Below, in pieces: positions 1 through 13,499 of a DNA stretch of 64,000 nt. Position numbers and translations under genes: made by a program. The stretch comes from Paramecium tetraurelia (lineage: Eukaryota), in NCBI GenBank assembly GCA_000165425.1, contig CT868540.1:310001-374000 (forward strand). Reading direction: 5' to 3'. Positions within the stretch are counted from its first letter, which is position 1; every line of letters begins with the position of its first letter. Below the pieces are notes generated by a model, which was not told where the DNA came from, made no database searches, and saw only the letters and a list, made by a program, of their open reading frames with translations.

Positions 1-860
1 TTACACTATTTACTAGGTTTATAAAATTGGTTAAACAGTATTAGTTAATTATATTTATTAAATTTAAGAATCCTACACTGGAGCTGTTATGTAAATGTAT
101 TATTTTAATAAGGTAAGGATTTAGTTTAGATTATCATTAACAACCACTTATCTAATGTTTAATTTTAGTTTATTCAATTATTCAACATGTTCCTAATGAT
201 TTCTTTAATAAATTGCTTAGGGTGTTTATCTTGGATCTGAATATATCTGAATTAATGGAGGTAAGCACTATATTAATAAATTTTATTTACCTTGTCTGAA
301 TTGAGTTTTTGTAAATTTTCATGCAAAGTTTTCCATTCCAAATATTCTATTCTGTGTCTGGATCTAACCAACTTAATTAAATCTTGATTTGATTTTTGGG
401 TTTCAGCTGTAATCGTAGATTCAAGAATTCTAAAATAGTCGTCTATAACCTTATAAAATTGTTTCTTAGCCTCCTAAAACCTTGAGAGCTAAAACTATGA
501 ATGTTATAGATGCAACTTACCTCCTGTGCCTTTAATACCTCTTCTTAAAAATTACTGGATTCTTAAACATCTATTGCCCAAAGATTAAGATATTCCAATG
601 ACTTATTATATTATTCAGTCAAGCAATTAGAGAATAAATCAATATCACTTGTTACTCTTTCTTGTTCATGTTCTTCCGAATGAATCTTTATACATTCAGG
701 ACACATTGGTAAACTGCAATCTCTAAACTATTATTCAAATTTAGTACTGTTTCTTGCAAAAATTTTGAATAGTATAGTCCTCATGAAATCGACAAGGAAT
801 TTATGGAGTATTTGAGGTTCCAAAATAAATAATCTAATCAGATCTAAGTGTTGAACTCAT
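1..860 (-). CDS. B-box-like zinc-finger protein with helical/coiled-coil tail; 3' end runs off the window start
   Basis: Code-6 translation MSSTLRSDQIIYFGTSNTPQIPCRFHEDYTIQNFCKKQDCSLPMCPECIKIHSEEH (CxxH..C..C..CxxC..H pattern); three ~23-26 nt GTA..TAG introns restore the frame. Confidence 0.7.
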
Positions 861-2258
861 CGTTAAATATAATTTATTTCAATAAAATTAAATAAAATAA
901 TTAAAATCTAAAATCGTTGAAGAAATAGAACTATTGTACTTATTCCTTGAGCCTAATTCATATTGTAATCTAATAATCTAATTAAATTACTATTTGATGT
1001 TTAATATAGGCTTGATATCATCACCAAAGTAATTTTAGCATTCTCGCCTTTTTAATTTAAATTAATATCGGCAATTTCAAAGTATGCCAACTAATACATC
1101 AGAATTAGTCTCCTTACATGCTTTATTTATTTTAATTTTATAAATTCTGTTTTATATATTTTCTTAATAATATATATAGTTTTAAAATTATAATGCTACA
1201 TTTAGGATGTATAAATTATAATAATAATTCAAATAAGTAAAAAATATTTTGAATCTTGCAGTAATTACACTCTATTGATAGATTTTTCTCTAGCATATGA
1301 AAATATCTTTAGTGATAATTTTCTCAAAGATATTGTTAAATTTTCTTCATTTTTGATTGAATAATTTACATTTAGAAAAAGTAAATCCAAAATATTCTCC
1401 ATTATGATTCATTTTATATTATAAATGATTTATTAGAATTGAAAATTAATTAATAATAATATTCGAGATAGTTTATTTGCCTTAATTAAGTATATATCTA
1501 AAATTGATTGAAAATAATTATTTAATAATTAATGAATTTTGATGCATAAACTGTGTTAGCGACTCAAATTGGTAAAAAAAGAATACTTGAATTAATTCCT
1601 TTTGAGGATAACTTGATAACAGTTTTAAATTACAAGAAAACATTAGCACTTAGAATTTTTGAACAATAATTATCAAAACAAAAAGATTTTGGCAATTCGG
1701 ATTAAAAATTTTGACTTATGTTATGTATCAATAGAGTATTAATATAAAAAATTTAGTAATTCATATCTATAAGTCTTTTAAAAGTCTGATATTTAAAAGT
1801 AATCTCTTTAAAATCGATTTGAGCATATAAAAAAAACATACTTTAAGAATAGATTGGGTTATAGGACCTGATAACTCTATTGAATATAACTGCAATTTTT
1901 TCGAAAACTTAATCAAATAGAAAAGTGCCAAAAGGGATTTTAAAAAATAATTCATAAATAGAAAATAAACTCAAGACATTAAAGCTATTTGTATACTTAT
2001 ATAAAGGGGAATCAAAATTCTCTAAACCCCCAAGGATTCGAAACATTATGAAAATAGATTGTATTTTTAAATATCTCCCTCTATTTTTCTATTTAATTTT
2101 GAATTTATATTTTGTAAGAATGATGTTTTAAAATGATCCTGAAAATTACTTAATTAAAAATTGCTTTTTAATTACTTAACATATATTATGCTTAATTCTT
2201 TAACCAATTATTTCATATCAATGGAAAAATGAATAAATAAATAAAAATTTCACACAAA

Positions 2259-3697
2259 TCAGTTTATTGATTATTTTGGAAGAGAATTTGAGGTTTGCCT
2301 TGTAGATTAGTTTAATGATTATAATCGAAAAGAATTTTGGCTTCTCTTAAATTTTACACTATCAATCACAACTTTTTTTATAGATTAACCTTAATTAGTC
2401 ATTTATAATAGACCCTCTTGCTGGGATTAAAAAGGTCGATTTGTTGCACTTATCGTCTTGAATTTTTAATGAGCAGAGATTCCTTAATGATCCTCAAAAT
2501 CAATGGAGATTTTAAACCTATTTTAATGAAATTGGTTTTGATTGTCATTTATCGAACTATTACAATTCTTTTTAACTTACTTGGAAATGGGTTCAATAGA
2601 TTCAGACTTAAAATGAAATTTCTAAAGTTGTTAAGTATTTTATTGTTAATTAAAAGATGATTATTGAAGTGTATAATAATTTTTTCTCTCATCATAACTA
2701 TGATTTGCACTATAATTAATAGTTTTAGGAATTGACTTCTATTTTTATTCTTTAACCAGTTTATTACTTTCAAAGTATCCATAAATAACAGGTTTATTGT
2801 TTCTCTTCAATTCCCCTTCTCCACACATTTGCCCATTATAAAATTAACCTTTATAATAAGAACCATCAGCCCATCTCATTTCTCCAAATCCGTGTCTATG
2901 ATCATTAAAGAATTCCCCTTAATATACATTTCCACTTGACCACCTATAAACCCCATGTCCTGATTTCAAATCGTTAACATATTATCCGTCATAACTCTCG
3001 TGATTCTAAGGGTCATCGTTCTTCATCCAATAGCCTTTGCCATGTCTGACTCCACTAGAAAGTGTACCATGATAGGATGAACCATCAGACCATCTATATA
3101 CTCCAAATCCTTCAGGTTTATCATTAACAAAATCCCCATCGTAAAAATCTCCATTGGCATAACTTTCTTTGCCTTTGCCATATTTAAGATAATCCTTGAA
3201 CTCACCTTCATACCATCCTCCATCTTAATAGTCATATCTTCCATACCCATTAGCTTTGTTTAATTTCCATTCTCCTGAATAGACTTCATTGTTGTTTCCT
3301 CTCCATTTGCCAAACCCCTATTTAATTCCATAGACCCACTACCCTGAATATATTCCATTTGCAGTTTCCAACGTGCCTTCGCCATTAGGTTTTCCATCAT
3401 CAAACTGGCCTTCATACGAATCCCCTTTGTCCAGTACTTCCTTACCGAACCCCTGCTTTTTATCATTCTTCCAGTATCCAATATAATATCTATCCTGATA
3501 TGTCATGAGTCCTAAAAATATAATAATGAGTTCAACAATGTACCATATCCATGTCGAACATTGTTTTAAATATCTCCATAATATTGTCCTTATTTATACT
3601 ATTTAAATTTCGCTGATTTTGACTTTTAATTAACCTAATCAATCAACTAATGTTCTTGTTCAAGATTATCGAAATCTGATATTGATTATTATTGCAT
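2259..3697 (-). CDS. MORN-repeat protein
   Basis: Repeated YxGxW/F..xxHGxG units (e.g. YYGDIQNNVRHGYG, YIGYWKNDKKQGFG, YQGEFFNDHRHGFG); one ~31 nt intron near 3512-3543; TGA at 2261-2259. Confidence 0.9.
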
Positions 3698-4204
3698 ATA
3701 TTAAATAATATAACTATTATATTTCATCCTTCTATTTTTAGTTTAGGAAAATAAGTATATCTGTCTCACATCAGCAGTGCAATTACATTCACAATTCTAT
3801 CTTATCCTCTTAAACCGCTTAACTACTCGCAACGAATTTGAAATGATAGTACAAATCTAATCCTACATTACAAATTAAGAAGGATATAATGGATCTTTCA
3901 ATAAATACTTTCAAACACTGAGCTTACCCTCATGCTTTGAATAATAAAAAGAGTAGACTTCCTATTAAGACATTCATCAATTATGAAACAAAGTTAAATT
4001 AAATTCACATTGTTATTCATTTGATAAATCAATCTCATAGTGTTGTATAACACCATCTCCTCCTTCTTATAAAAGAATTTTAAATGAATCTCTGCTTGTG
4101 CCTTATTAAAATGATAATTAATTATTTATAATACTGATTAATTCTAATAATGAGAGATATAAATATTTCAGACCTGAGTTGATAATATCGGAATTATTTT
4201 TTAA

Positions 4205-4909
4205 ATGTAAAAAAGTGTAACCTTTGTTTGCATCAGTGACACTCATGGATTCCTTAATCCTTCCTCTATTAAACCTACTATAAATTTACCTTAAGGGGAT
4301 GTTTTGATCCATTGCGGGGATTTTACCAATTGCGGAGAACTAGATGGAATAAAGAAATTTAAATAGTGGTTCATTTAACAGCCATTCAAGTATAAAATTA
4401 TGATTGCTGGAAATCATGATCTTACTCTTGATAATATAAAGTATCCAAAAAATTTAAAGGATCCAGAACTTTAGGCTGAAATCAAAGACCTTTAAAACTA
4501 ATGCATTTATCTATTAAATTCTTCATGTGTTGTTGAGGGATATAAAATTTGGGGAAGTCCATATTCTTTGGAGTTTTGTAATTGGGGTTTTGAATTATTT
4601 CCCAAAGATGCTTAAAAGTTTTGGAGTTAAATTGAAGAAGGAAGTGACATTGTTGTAACACACGGTCCTTCATACGGTCATGGCGATTATGTCAATAATG
4701 CTGGACATGTTGGCGATAAGGAATTATTGAATAGGATTAAGTAGATAAAAGCAAAATATCATCTATTTGGACATATTCACGAAGGATATGGTATTACAGA
4801 AGAAGACGGGATCAAATTTGCAAATTGCTCTTTGTTAAATGAATATTATAAAATGACTAATGATCCAATAGTATTTTAATTGCCTTAGAAATTACAATAG
4901 GAAAATTGA
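4205..4909 (+). CDS. Calcineurin-like metallophosphoesterase, MPPED1/2 (239FB) type
   Basis: Intronless 234-aa ORF with all motifs: CISDTH, HCGDFT, IAGNHD, VTHGP, FGHIHEGYG. Confidence 0.93.
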
Positions 4910-5158
4910 GTGCTTATTTTAATTTATCTAGCATCTTGTTAAAATATAATAAAATATAATTTAATTGAAGCAAATTTAGTTTGCATTTTTCAATTGATTG
5001 GTCTCACGGATATTTAAATCTTATTTACTCCAAAATTGGATAAAAAATTAATTATATTGGAAATTATGTCTTATATTTCTAGAGTTAAATGATTTTAACA
5101 GTGGTTGTATGAAATAAGAATAGGCCTAGAGTGATGTATTATAAATTTAAAAAATTAA

Positions 5159-6212
5159 ATGAATTCTGCTTTTTTGAAATAAATAGAAGAAGAGAATAAG
5201 ATTCTAGAATAGGAATTATAATAATTATTAAGGCAGGAGGCAGTAAGATTTTCATTTAACCAAATACAACCAAAAGAAGAAAATGAGAATGATAACGATA
5301 ATGAAAATGTAAATCCGAATTTTAGAAATGAAAAAGGAATTTTGACTAAAATTGAGGAGGAAACAGAGGAGGAATAGCCAAATCGAATTGAACCTCATCG
5401 ATTATTGGAATCTCCGTATAAGCCAGGTCCTTATAAATTTGAAAATAATTAGGAATCCATAATTGATAATCTGCAAGACTCCATCAATAATTATATGGAT
5501 AAAAGAAGTAGCAGTATAGCTGACATTTAGAGTAACAGGTATTCGCAAAAAAATAATGAAAATACAACAAAGTAAATAAAATCATTGGAAATGCGATTGT
5601 CTGGTACTAGAGAAGCCTTAAAATCTATGGAGAAGGAAATCAAAGAAAAAAATGTTATAATTTAAAATCTCCAAATCGATCTGGCTAAGAAATAAAAGCA
5701 AATTGATCTATTCTCAAAACAATAGAATTTTACATCCACACCATCCAAAACTGAATTCAACAATGAGAGCTTTTAGGAAATAAAAAAATAATGTAAGGAA
5801 TGGGAAAAGAGGTATTAGGAATGCGAGACTTGCTTAAAGGAAAATAAAAAATATACGCAAAGACTTTAAGAATTAAATTAACAACTATTATATAAATTAA
5901 AATAATATGAATAAGAAAAGGAATTGTAATCATCTGAATTAGACTAGCAAAAGAATATCAATAGTTAAATATACTAGACTAACACAAATATACTGAGCAA
6001 GTATATATAAAATTTAGTACTTTAGATATGAGCAGATAATTAAATCTTAATAAGAACAACTTTAATAGGAGAAGGAGAGTTTCAGACTTTTGGAGAGTAA
6101 ATATGATGAATTAAAAGCAAATAGCGAATAATTTTTATTAAATTCTCGAGATCTTAAATCTTAATACGAACATATGCTAAACACTTTATAGTCAATTGCA
6201 AATAGTTATTGA
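5159..6212 (+). CDS. Coiled-coil hypothetical protein
   Basis: MNSAFLKQIEEENKILEQELQQLL... heptad-rich ORF; ~25 nt intron at 6001; TGA 6210-6212. Confidence 0.75.
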
Positions 6213-6559
6213 GTTAATAATGTTTATTATAATGTAAATAAATGTAATAAAATATAATCATCGTTTTTTGAATTCTTCAATTTCCTATTAAATTCCTTTT
6301 AGTTCAACCCTTTGATCTTACATTATTCTACTTCCCAAAGAAACAATAGCAATTATATTATCATATAAAATAGAGCATTATATAGACAACGTAATTCATA
6401 ATCTAATGAATAGTTTTAAATTCGATAAATGCTCTAAAATATTTGAAACCACAACTTCTTTGAAAAGTTTTATCAAGTAAGAGATGAAACCTCAAAAGTA
6501 CAAATTTCAAATACAAAACTGCCTTCTATTAACTTATGGATGTTGATATCCAATATGAT

Positions 6560-7137
6560 TTAATCTACTTAATGGGATGCTTCAATTTATAAGTATTTAA
6601 TTCTACTTATATTTAAGTTTAATTAGAGCTACTGTTTCTATTTTGATTTCATAAGCTAATTGAACTCCCACAGTGCCTCGTCCAAATATAAGAATAGTTT
6701 AAGATTCAATAATCTTTTATTATATTTTTTACACTCAATAAATCTATCTGCAATTAGGGACTATAGACATTATAGGGTTTGCATAAATGGAGCAAATTGT
6801 AATATCATATCATCGAATTCAATTTTGCCTACTTCATGATATGCTTTATTATCTTCAATGTGATTCTATACATATTATGAGTAAATACTAATTCGCCTTG
6901 GACGAAGAGGACTCCAAATATCCCTATTTGAAGTGTAGAGTCAGATCTTAAATGGATTCTGTATGCATAAAAGCATTGAAGATTGATGGCACGAACTTGA
7001 ATTGATGGGGTCTAATTACTTTGGTATATGACTTTTCATCTAATAAGACATATTGAGTTGTTTGTAGGTATGAGTGAGTACGGTCATTCCTGGAAAACCA
7101 CCACCTAAGATGAGTAGGATTTTTTGGAATTTTTCAT
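6560..7137 (-). pseudogene. Degraded AIFM2/FSP1-like FAD-dependent NAD(P)H oxidoreductase
   Basis: Rossmann remnants ILLILGGGFPG, YVLLDEKSY..FVPSIF and TILIFGRGTVGVQLAYEI lie in different frames; at least two frameshifts in the first 100 nt; C-terminal half not recoverable. Confidence 0.72.
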
Positions 7138-7257
7138 AAATATTGTATAATTTTAATTATCAAGAGTAATTTTAAAACTATAACAAATCTAAATGAAAAT
7201 GGAAGAGGGAATGTATATTTATTTGTTAATTGATTATTTAAATTTAATTAAAAATTA

Positions 7258-8089
7258 ATGAATAATCATTATGAACCATATGTCAGAAATAAGAGAGATT
7301 TAAAAGTGCCTTACATTTCATGCCAAGATTATACTAATTTAGAATAAGCATCGAAGTTAATCCCTGCTTTGAAACAAATTAATCAAGCAAATAGAAATTT
7401 AGCAGATACAGAGGCATATGCTTACATACTTCGTAGTAATAATGATGATGATATTCATAAAGTAAGGGATTCATAAATTATATATTTTTAGTCAATAAAA
7501 TATGGGATTTGGACATCAAGCAAAGAAAATAATGAGAAACTCAATGCCAAATTCTTGGAAGCACAAGAATAAGGCAAATCAGTTTACTTGTTTTTCAGCG
7601 TTGTTAGAAGTGGATAATTTGTGGGAGTTGCCAAATTGACTTCAGGCTATAAAGATGAAAGTTTCCAGTATTGGTGGGAAATCAAGAAATGGAAGGGTCA
7701 TTTCAATGTCTAATGGTTGTACGTGAAGGATGTGCCTAACAAGCATTTTGAGCATCTGAAAAATAGGTAATTAATTAGAATTCATTAATAGTGATAATGT
7801 AGAAGTGACTCGATCAAGAGATGGAGTGTTTTTGAACTGGGACACAGGAAAAGAGATGATGAAAATCTTTGAGGAGTTTGCAGACAAAAAGAGTATCCTC
7901 AATGATTTCACAGTCATTGATGAAAGAGAATAAGCATTGAGACAATACAAATATTAGATGCAATAACAACGAAATCAACAATAATACTATCCTTATTATC
8001 AATATCAATATTATGATTATCAACAATATCAGCAGTACCCTTAATATCAACAGTATCAAAACTATCAATGGCAATAACCACAGAAATGA
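7258..8089 (+). CDS. YTH-domain m6A RNA reader (YTHDF/Pho92-like) with C-terminal Tyr/Gln-rich low-complexity tail
   Basis: ILRSNNDDDIHKSIKYGIWTS, VYLFFSVVRSGQFVGVA, KWKGHFNVQWLYVKDVPN, VTRSRDG; introns 7462-7491 and 7767-7791. Confidence 0.95.
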
Positions 8090-8161
8090 TTTTATATATC
8101 ATGTATTGTAAGGTTTCCATCAGACAACAATTACAATAAGAATATTAAATAATAAATTAAA

Positions 8162-10233
8162 ATGAAAATGGAGAGATCTTTTTACCTAAATGGTAAGCCT
8201 CTTGTCTAACCTCCATTAAGCATCGACCAACAATTAAATGAACGTCTCGCAAGAACTGGATACAAGATCGAAGACATCAACAGACTCAACGAACGTCCAG
8301 TCCTATCAATTGTAGTTATATAACTAATTCTTAAAGATTGATCTCGATGGATTAACCTCTGGATACTTGAATAATAATCAAATATTCCAGATGCTTAAAT
8401 AGGAAATAATGACTTGGAATGAACGAGTGACACTTCATCGAGCATAATAAATAGAATTAAAAGACCCTTTTGTGTATGAGAACCTTTATAGATAATTGAA
8501 GAATTCATTACTTGAAGTTGTCAGCACTAGAAATAGGTAGCAGTAACTAGAATTTCTAAATAAAGTTTCTACTTGGTTCTTTCGTTAATTGCCAAAATCC
8601 TAAAAATAATAATTAACATAGTCACTTATTGAAAAGAATGACAATGTAACTTATATATACATAATTCTCAGACTTTGTAATATATGCCAACTGCTTATAA
8701 TGAAAGTATGTATGCTTCTGGAATTGAAGATTACAAATCAAGGAATAGATCAATGCATCCAGACATAGATCCACCTGAAGACAGAGTAAAAAGCTATCAC
8801 AGGAAAAATCTACTCTCTGATACAAGCACAAGACCTGGCACTACTCCAGGTATTATGGGCTTTTCTCAATACACACGACCTTAAACCTCATAAACTACCT
8901 ATAAAATGATTGATTAAGTTGATAAATTCTCAAGACCTATGACAAATCAGCAATATTCTGTTACTAAACAATAATCTTCTTGGATGTATGATACTAATTT
9001 CCCTGTTTTTGAAACTTTCGAGGAATAGCAAAAAAGCACAAGACGTCAAATTCCAAAAGAGGAATCTCCACTCAAAGCAGATAAACCTACTGATAGAGAT
9101 TAAATGGAAGGCATTGAATAAGAATAAGATGAAGATGAAGAGTAATCTCCTGACAAGGTTGATGCTTCTTAAAAAAATATCTAATCATAGGTGGATCTTT
9201 CACCTAAGAAGAAAAAAAAGAAAAAAGAAAGAGCAGATAAATATGTTAGTATTGCACCTGATAGAAAGACTTATAAAACTGATAAGGACACTGAATTAGC
9301 CTATTAAATTGGATAAAATCAACGACTTGGAGAACTCTAAGGAATATTTCATAATTATGATCCAACTAATTTAGAAGACAAGATGGCTGCAGCCAGACTT
9401 AATCAATATTATCAAGAATAAAGAATTAAAGAATTAAAAGAACAAAGAGAAGATATTGAAATGGTTGAAAACATGAAAGTCTGGGCAACAAACAAAGGTA
9501 GAATTGATGAAATAATACTCTAGTCTGAATATGTATAAAAATGTATGATAATCATAGCTATAATCTATGGGATCTCAGTTCTCGAATGTTGGCATCAAAG
9601 TTTCTGATATCTATGAATCTAAAAAGATGGATCTTGCTGAAGAAAAAGCCTATGCTAATTATCTTAATAAAACATCTTACCACAAAGGCAGAACCATTTC
9701 AAGTTCTCTCCCCATAACCAAAGTAATTGAAAATACAGTATTACCCACATAAGTTGATGATGAGGCAGAGGATTTCTAATCTAAAAATGCTTACTTAGAA
9801 TAAAGAATTAATTCGTAAAGACTTTACTTCCTCAAAAGATCAAGAGGAAGTTGGTTGCCTGGAGGTGTTCCGAATCACCCTAGTGCTGAAAAAATTTAGA
9901 ATAATCGTTCCTTATCTTCCAGTTGTTTCAGAAGTGTCCAACCTTCTAAATAATTTAGTACTGTCTTCAAAAGCCATAGCATCAAATCAGATATCGATTA
10001 ATAAGTATTCTAAACTAGTATCATATTAGATTAGCGAAATAAATGTGTTAAAGAATAGATTGGCTTCTGAAAAAAGGTTTGTTCCTATAACCATCCTACA
10101 AAAGTCCCTTGTTATACCACAAGGACATTTAAATCCTCAAAAAGTACCTCTCCCAAAACCTGGAATTCTTTTAGCCAATATACCTGACACAGGAAAGAAA
10201 ACAAGAGGTAAAAAAAAGAAGTCTAAGAAATGA
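8162..10233 (+). CDS. Hypothetical protein with basic C-terminus (GKKTRGKKKKSKK)
   Basis: Continuous code-6 ORF across several tiny introns, joining ORF-track fragments 8684, 9567 and 10045; no recognisable domain. Confidence 0.75.
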
Positions 10234-10889
10234 TTATAATAAAGAATGAATATTATTCAATGATTCAATATCATTCTTCACGCCTCAGTTTAAAAGAAAT
10301 ACAGAAATTTAAAGCCATTAATACTATCAGATAAATAAATAATTCTGAATTTTAAATTAAAAGATTTTACAAATAGATTAAAGAATTTATCAGTCAAAGC
10401 AATTTCTTTTTTAAAAATTAGGAGTTATAAATATAGAAGATTGGAAAATGAGATAGACAAGCTAATATTAAAATAAATATAATTGACAACAAAGATGAAA
10501 TTAATATAAACCACTAATAAATAACTTGAATTAATATTTTATTGCCATCTACTAATATAATATTTAATATGTTAATTATTTATACTGAGTAAACAATCTA
10601 CAAGATTAAAATATCATCTTGTATTTGTATAAGCATACTTAGTTAATTGATTAAATAATTATCCAATAGTTTACAACTATGATATAAAGTTCTTTGACTA
10701 ATAAAGGTAATTCATCAAATAAGTATAAATTAATATGAAAAATTAGAATAAAATGCTGTCAAGAAATGTGATTTATATTTAAAAGGGGTATAATATTTAT
10801 ATATACTTTTATAAAATACAATATTATATAATAAATCTTAACATGTTTAAAAATGCGTAAATAAATAAAAATAATTAATTAAATAGTTC

Positions 10890-11390
10890 ATGTCAATCAC
10901 TTCCAGTACCAAAACAATAAGCTCTAAATAAAAAAAAATCTTTATGAATAATTTGGATGAATCATATACTTCAATTACTAAGCCATATAGATTCTACTTA
11001 AATAATGAATAATAAATTATTAATGTCTTTATTGAATTACCTCCTGGAACTGAACTTATAAATGCTATCAGCCGAGTCTTATAAGTAGCCAGCTTGAATA
11101 ACCCTCTTGATTAAAACCCTGAAAATTATGAATTGTATATTGCAAAAAAAAATGGATAGCCTTAAACAGATTTTCCATCATTTTAACTTGATCTCAAACT
11201 TGAAGATACAGAAAGACAAAATTTCTCACTTGTTCATATGACGTTTAATGAAAAAAAAACAAAAAGAAAATCGACTTTTGATTACACCAACAGCTACAGC
11301 TAAAGTCCATTCAAATAGTAAAAGTAATCGAAAGATATTGATGATATCAAACAAGAAAAGAATTGTATTCTGAAATTTTTAGGCTGTTGA
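10890..11390 (+). CDS. Small protein with Sin1/Avo1 CRIM-like ubiquitin-fold domain
   Basis: 166-aa intronless ORF; DQNPENYELYIAKKNGQPQTDFPSFQLDLKLEDTERQNFSLV resembles the CRIM signature (..L.I...DGE.D.DFP.LD...). Confidence 0.65.
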
Positions 11391-11900
11391 AATTGATGAT
11401 GCTAACTGATTATTTACCTACCTTCCATTTATATTATAATTCTCAACTTTATATTATCTATAAAAGTTCACCTTTCCTACTTGGAGTAAATAGTGAATTA
11501 ATTTAAAATACTGATATTATTGCTGCTTTGCATTTAGCATCATTCCATGTATATTATTTAATCTTCTGAATAATAAAGTATCTTATTCCATAAAAATAAA
11601 ATTATACAATTACTTCTATAACTCCATAAAAGTTTATTTAGATTTTTGCTTTATTAAATAAAGCTTACTCAAATCTCACCTTAATTTAGAACCTTTAAGA
11701 ATGCAGCTAATTATTCTAATTTCTTAGTAAATATTTTTGAAGTCTAATATGGCTTTGCTTTTCTCTTCACCAATTACATAAACATGAGCTGTATTATTGA
11801 TTAATTATTACATTCCTTTCATTGTTAAATTGAATATTAGTTTTCTATAAACAATATAAGATTCACTAAAAAGATATTCCCAATAATAATTTAATTTTTA

Positions 11901-12860
11901 ATGAATATATCCTGAAACTCATAAAGGAATTTAAAGACTGAGAATGATCTATTTTAATTTAAATGTAGAAAATTCTCTTATATTTTGTATAGATAAGGCA
12001 GAGAAAGGTATCAGTAAATGCATTTTTGCGTCAATGTAAATTTAGATTCCAGAAGTAGAAGTAATTCATATAATTAATAAAGCCTCTTACATGAGAATAC
12101 TTTGGAGAGAAGAATGCAAAGTAATTTTCTGCATTTTAGAGAATGATCTAAAGTTTAAGAAGAAAGGTCAGATTTTTGCACTTGATATTAAAATTGCTAC
12201 TTTTGACTGTTTATTATCATTTTCCTTAGTATTCAAGTCTTATTTGTTTCCTAATTGGCTTAAATACTTTTTTTACAAACTTAAATCAGCTTGTCCACTA
12301 TGGGTAAAGTTAGGACTATGGTTAGCATCGAGGAGATATTTTTGGATATAAAATTATTAAGGCATTAGAATGATTAAGAGAAGATACTTTACCTCATTCG
12401 ATAGAAAATACTAATTAATAATTTAAATAAGTTATTAGGAAGAAAATAAAAGATGCTTTTGAGGAGCTTGAAAAAAACTATTGCTTCAGTTACAATAGCT
12501 CAAGTGCATAGAGCTAAATTAAAGAGAGAATAAGTTGCTATCAAACCTAGACGTCTAAATATTAAAGATAATTTAGTGATGGATATAAGAATTTTATAAA
12601 AGGTTGCTAATTTTTTAGTAAAACTTTAAAAATTAAACAACGAAGAATGGCTATAGCATTAGAAGAATTTAAAAAAGCTCTTTTTAATTACACTAATTTA
12701 ACATTTAAAAAGAGAAACCTTAAGGTTTTTTATAAATTTAAAAATAACCCTAATGTTGTATTTCTTAGACCTATGAAGAAAATGTATCAGCAGATATTCT
12801 AACTGAAACATATGAAGATGCAATACCTTTGACATCATTCTTAAAGTTAGAATGAACATT
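11901..12860 (+). pseudogene. Degraded ABC1/UbiB (ADCK-family) atypical kinase
   Basis: LKSACPLWVKLGLWLASRR, IASVTIAQVHRAKL..VAIK.R..NI, NNPNVVF, ILTETYED fragments separated by frameshifts, with an in-frame TGA at 12371. Confidence 0.8.
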
Positions 12861-13499
12861 TGAACATCCTAAACAGACTTCTAACAATAAGGATATTAAT
12901 ATATATAAGGAAGGCTAGTTTAAGTTTTAGTCATCTCATTTTTTTCTTTTCATAAGTTCAATTTCTTGATAGATGAATATATATTTTACTGATATTGATC
13001 ATTCAAGTGTTAATGATATTCAACTCTAGAAGTCATATATATATTTCAAATTTTAGAAACATTAAGATTTTCATATACTGCTATAAAAGGATCGAATAGT
13101 TACAGATTTTATTTAATTTCAGAAAGTAGAAATACTTTATCAGAAATTACAATTATTTGAAAGAAAATAAATAATTAAATAAATTCAGAATTATTTCGAA
13201 ATTATAATTAAAGTCAAACAAGATAATAGGATTATTAAATTTAGTTTAAAATTTTAACTTGTGAGAATAGGTGTTAATATTCCTTTTAGTTTAAAAAATT
13301 AGTATTATTTTAATAATTTATTATTTCAAACAAACTTATTAAAAACTCAATAAAATCATTAATGCCTAATGAAATTTTAGAATAATTGTTATACTGGGAT
13401 TATCAAAAATAATGACAATTAAATTAAAGAACTAATTACGAAAAAAATGCAAATTGAATAAAAATCATAATTCTTTATTTATTAAAGTATTTAAACACT

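Noticed and set aside
2020..2060. TTCGAATCC on the minus strand resembling a tRNA T-loop
   Set aside because: No pairing T-stem, acceptor stem or D-arm around it
10843..10950. Apparent homopolymer frameshift at the start of the CRIM-like gene
   Set aside because: ATG at 10890 is in frame with the domain, so no frameshift is required
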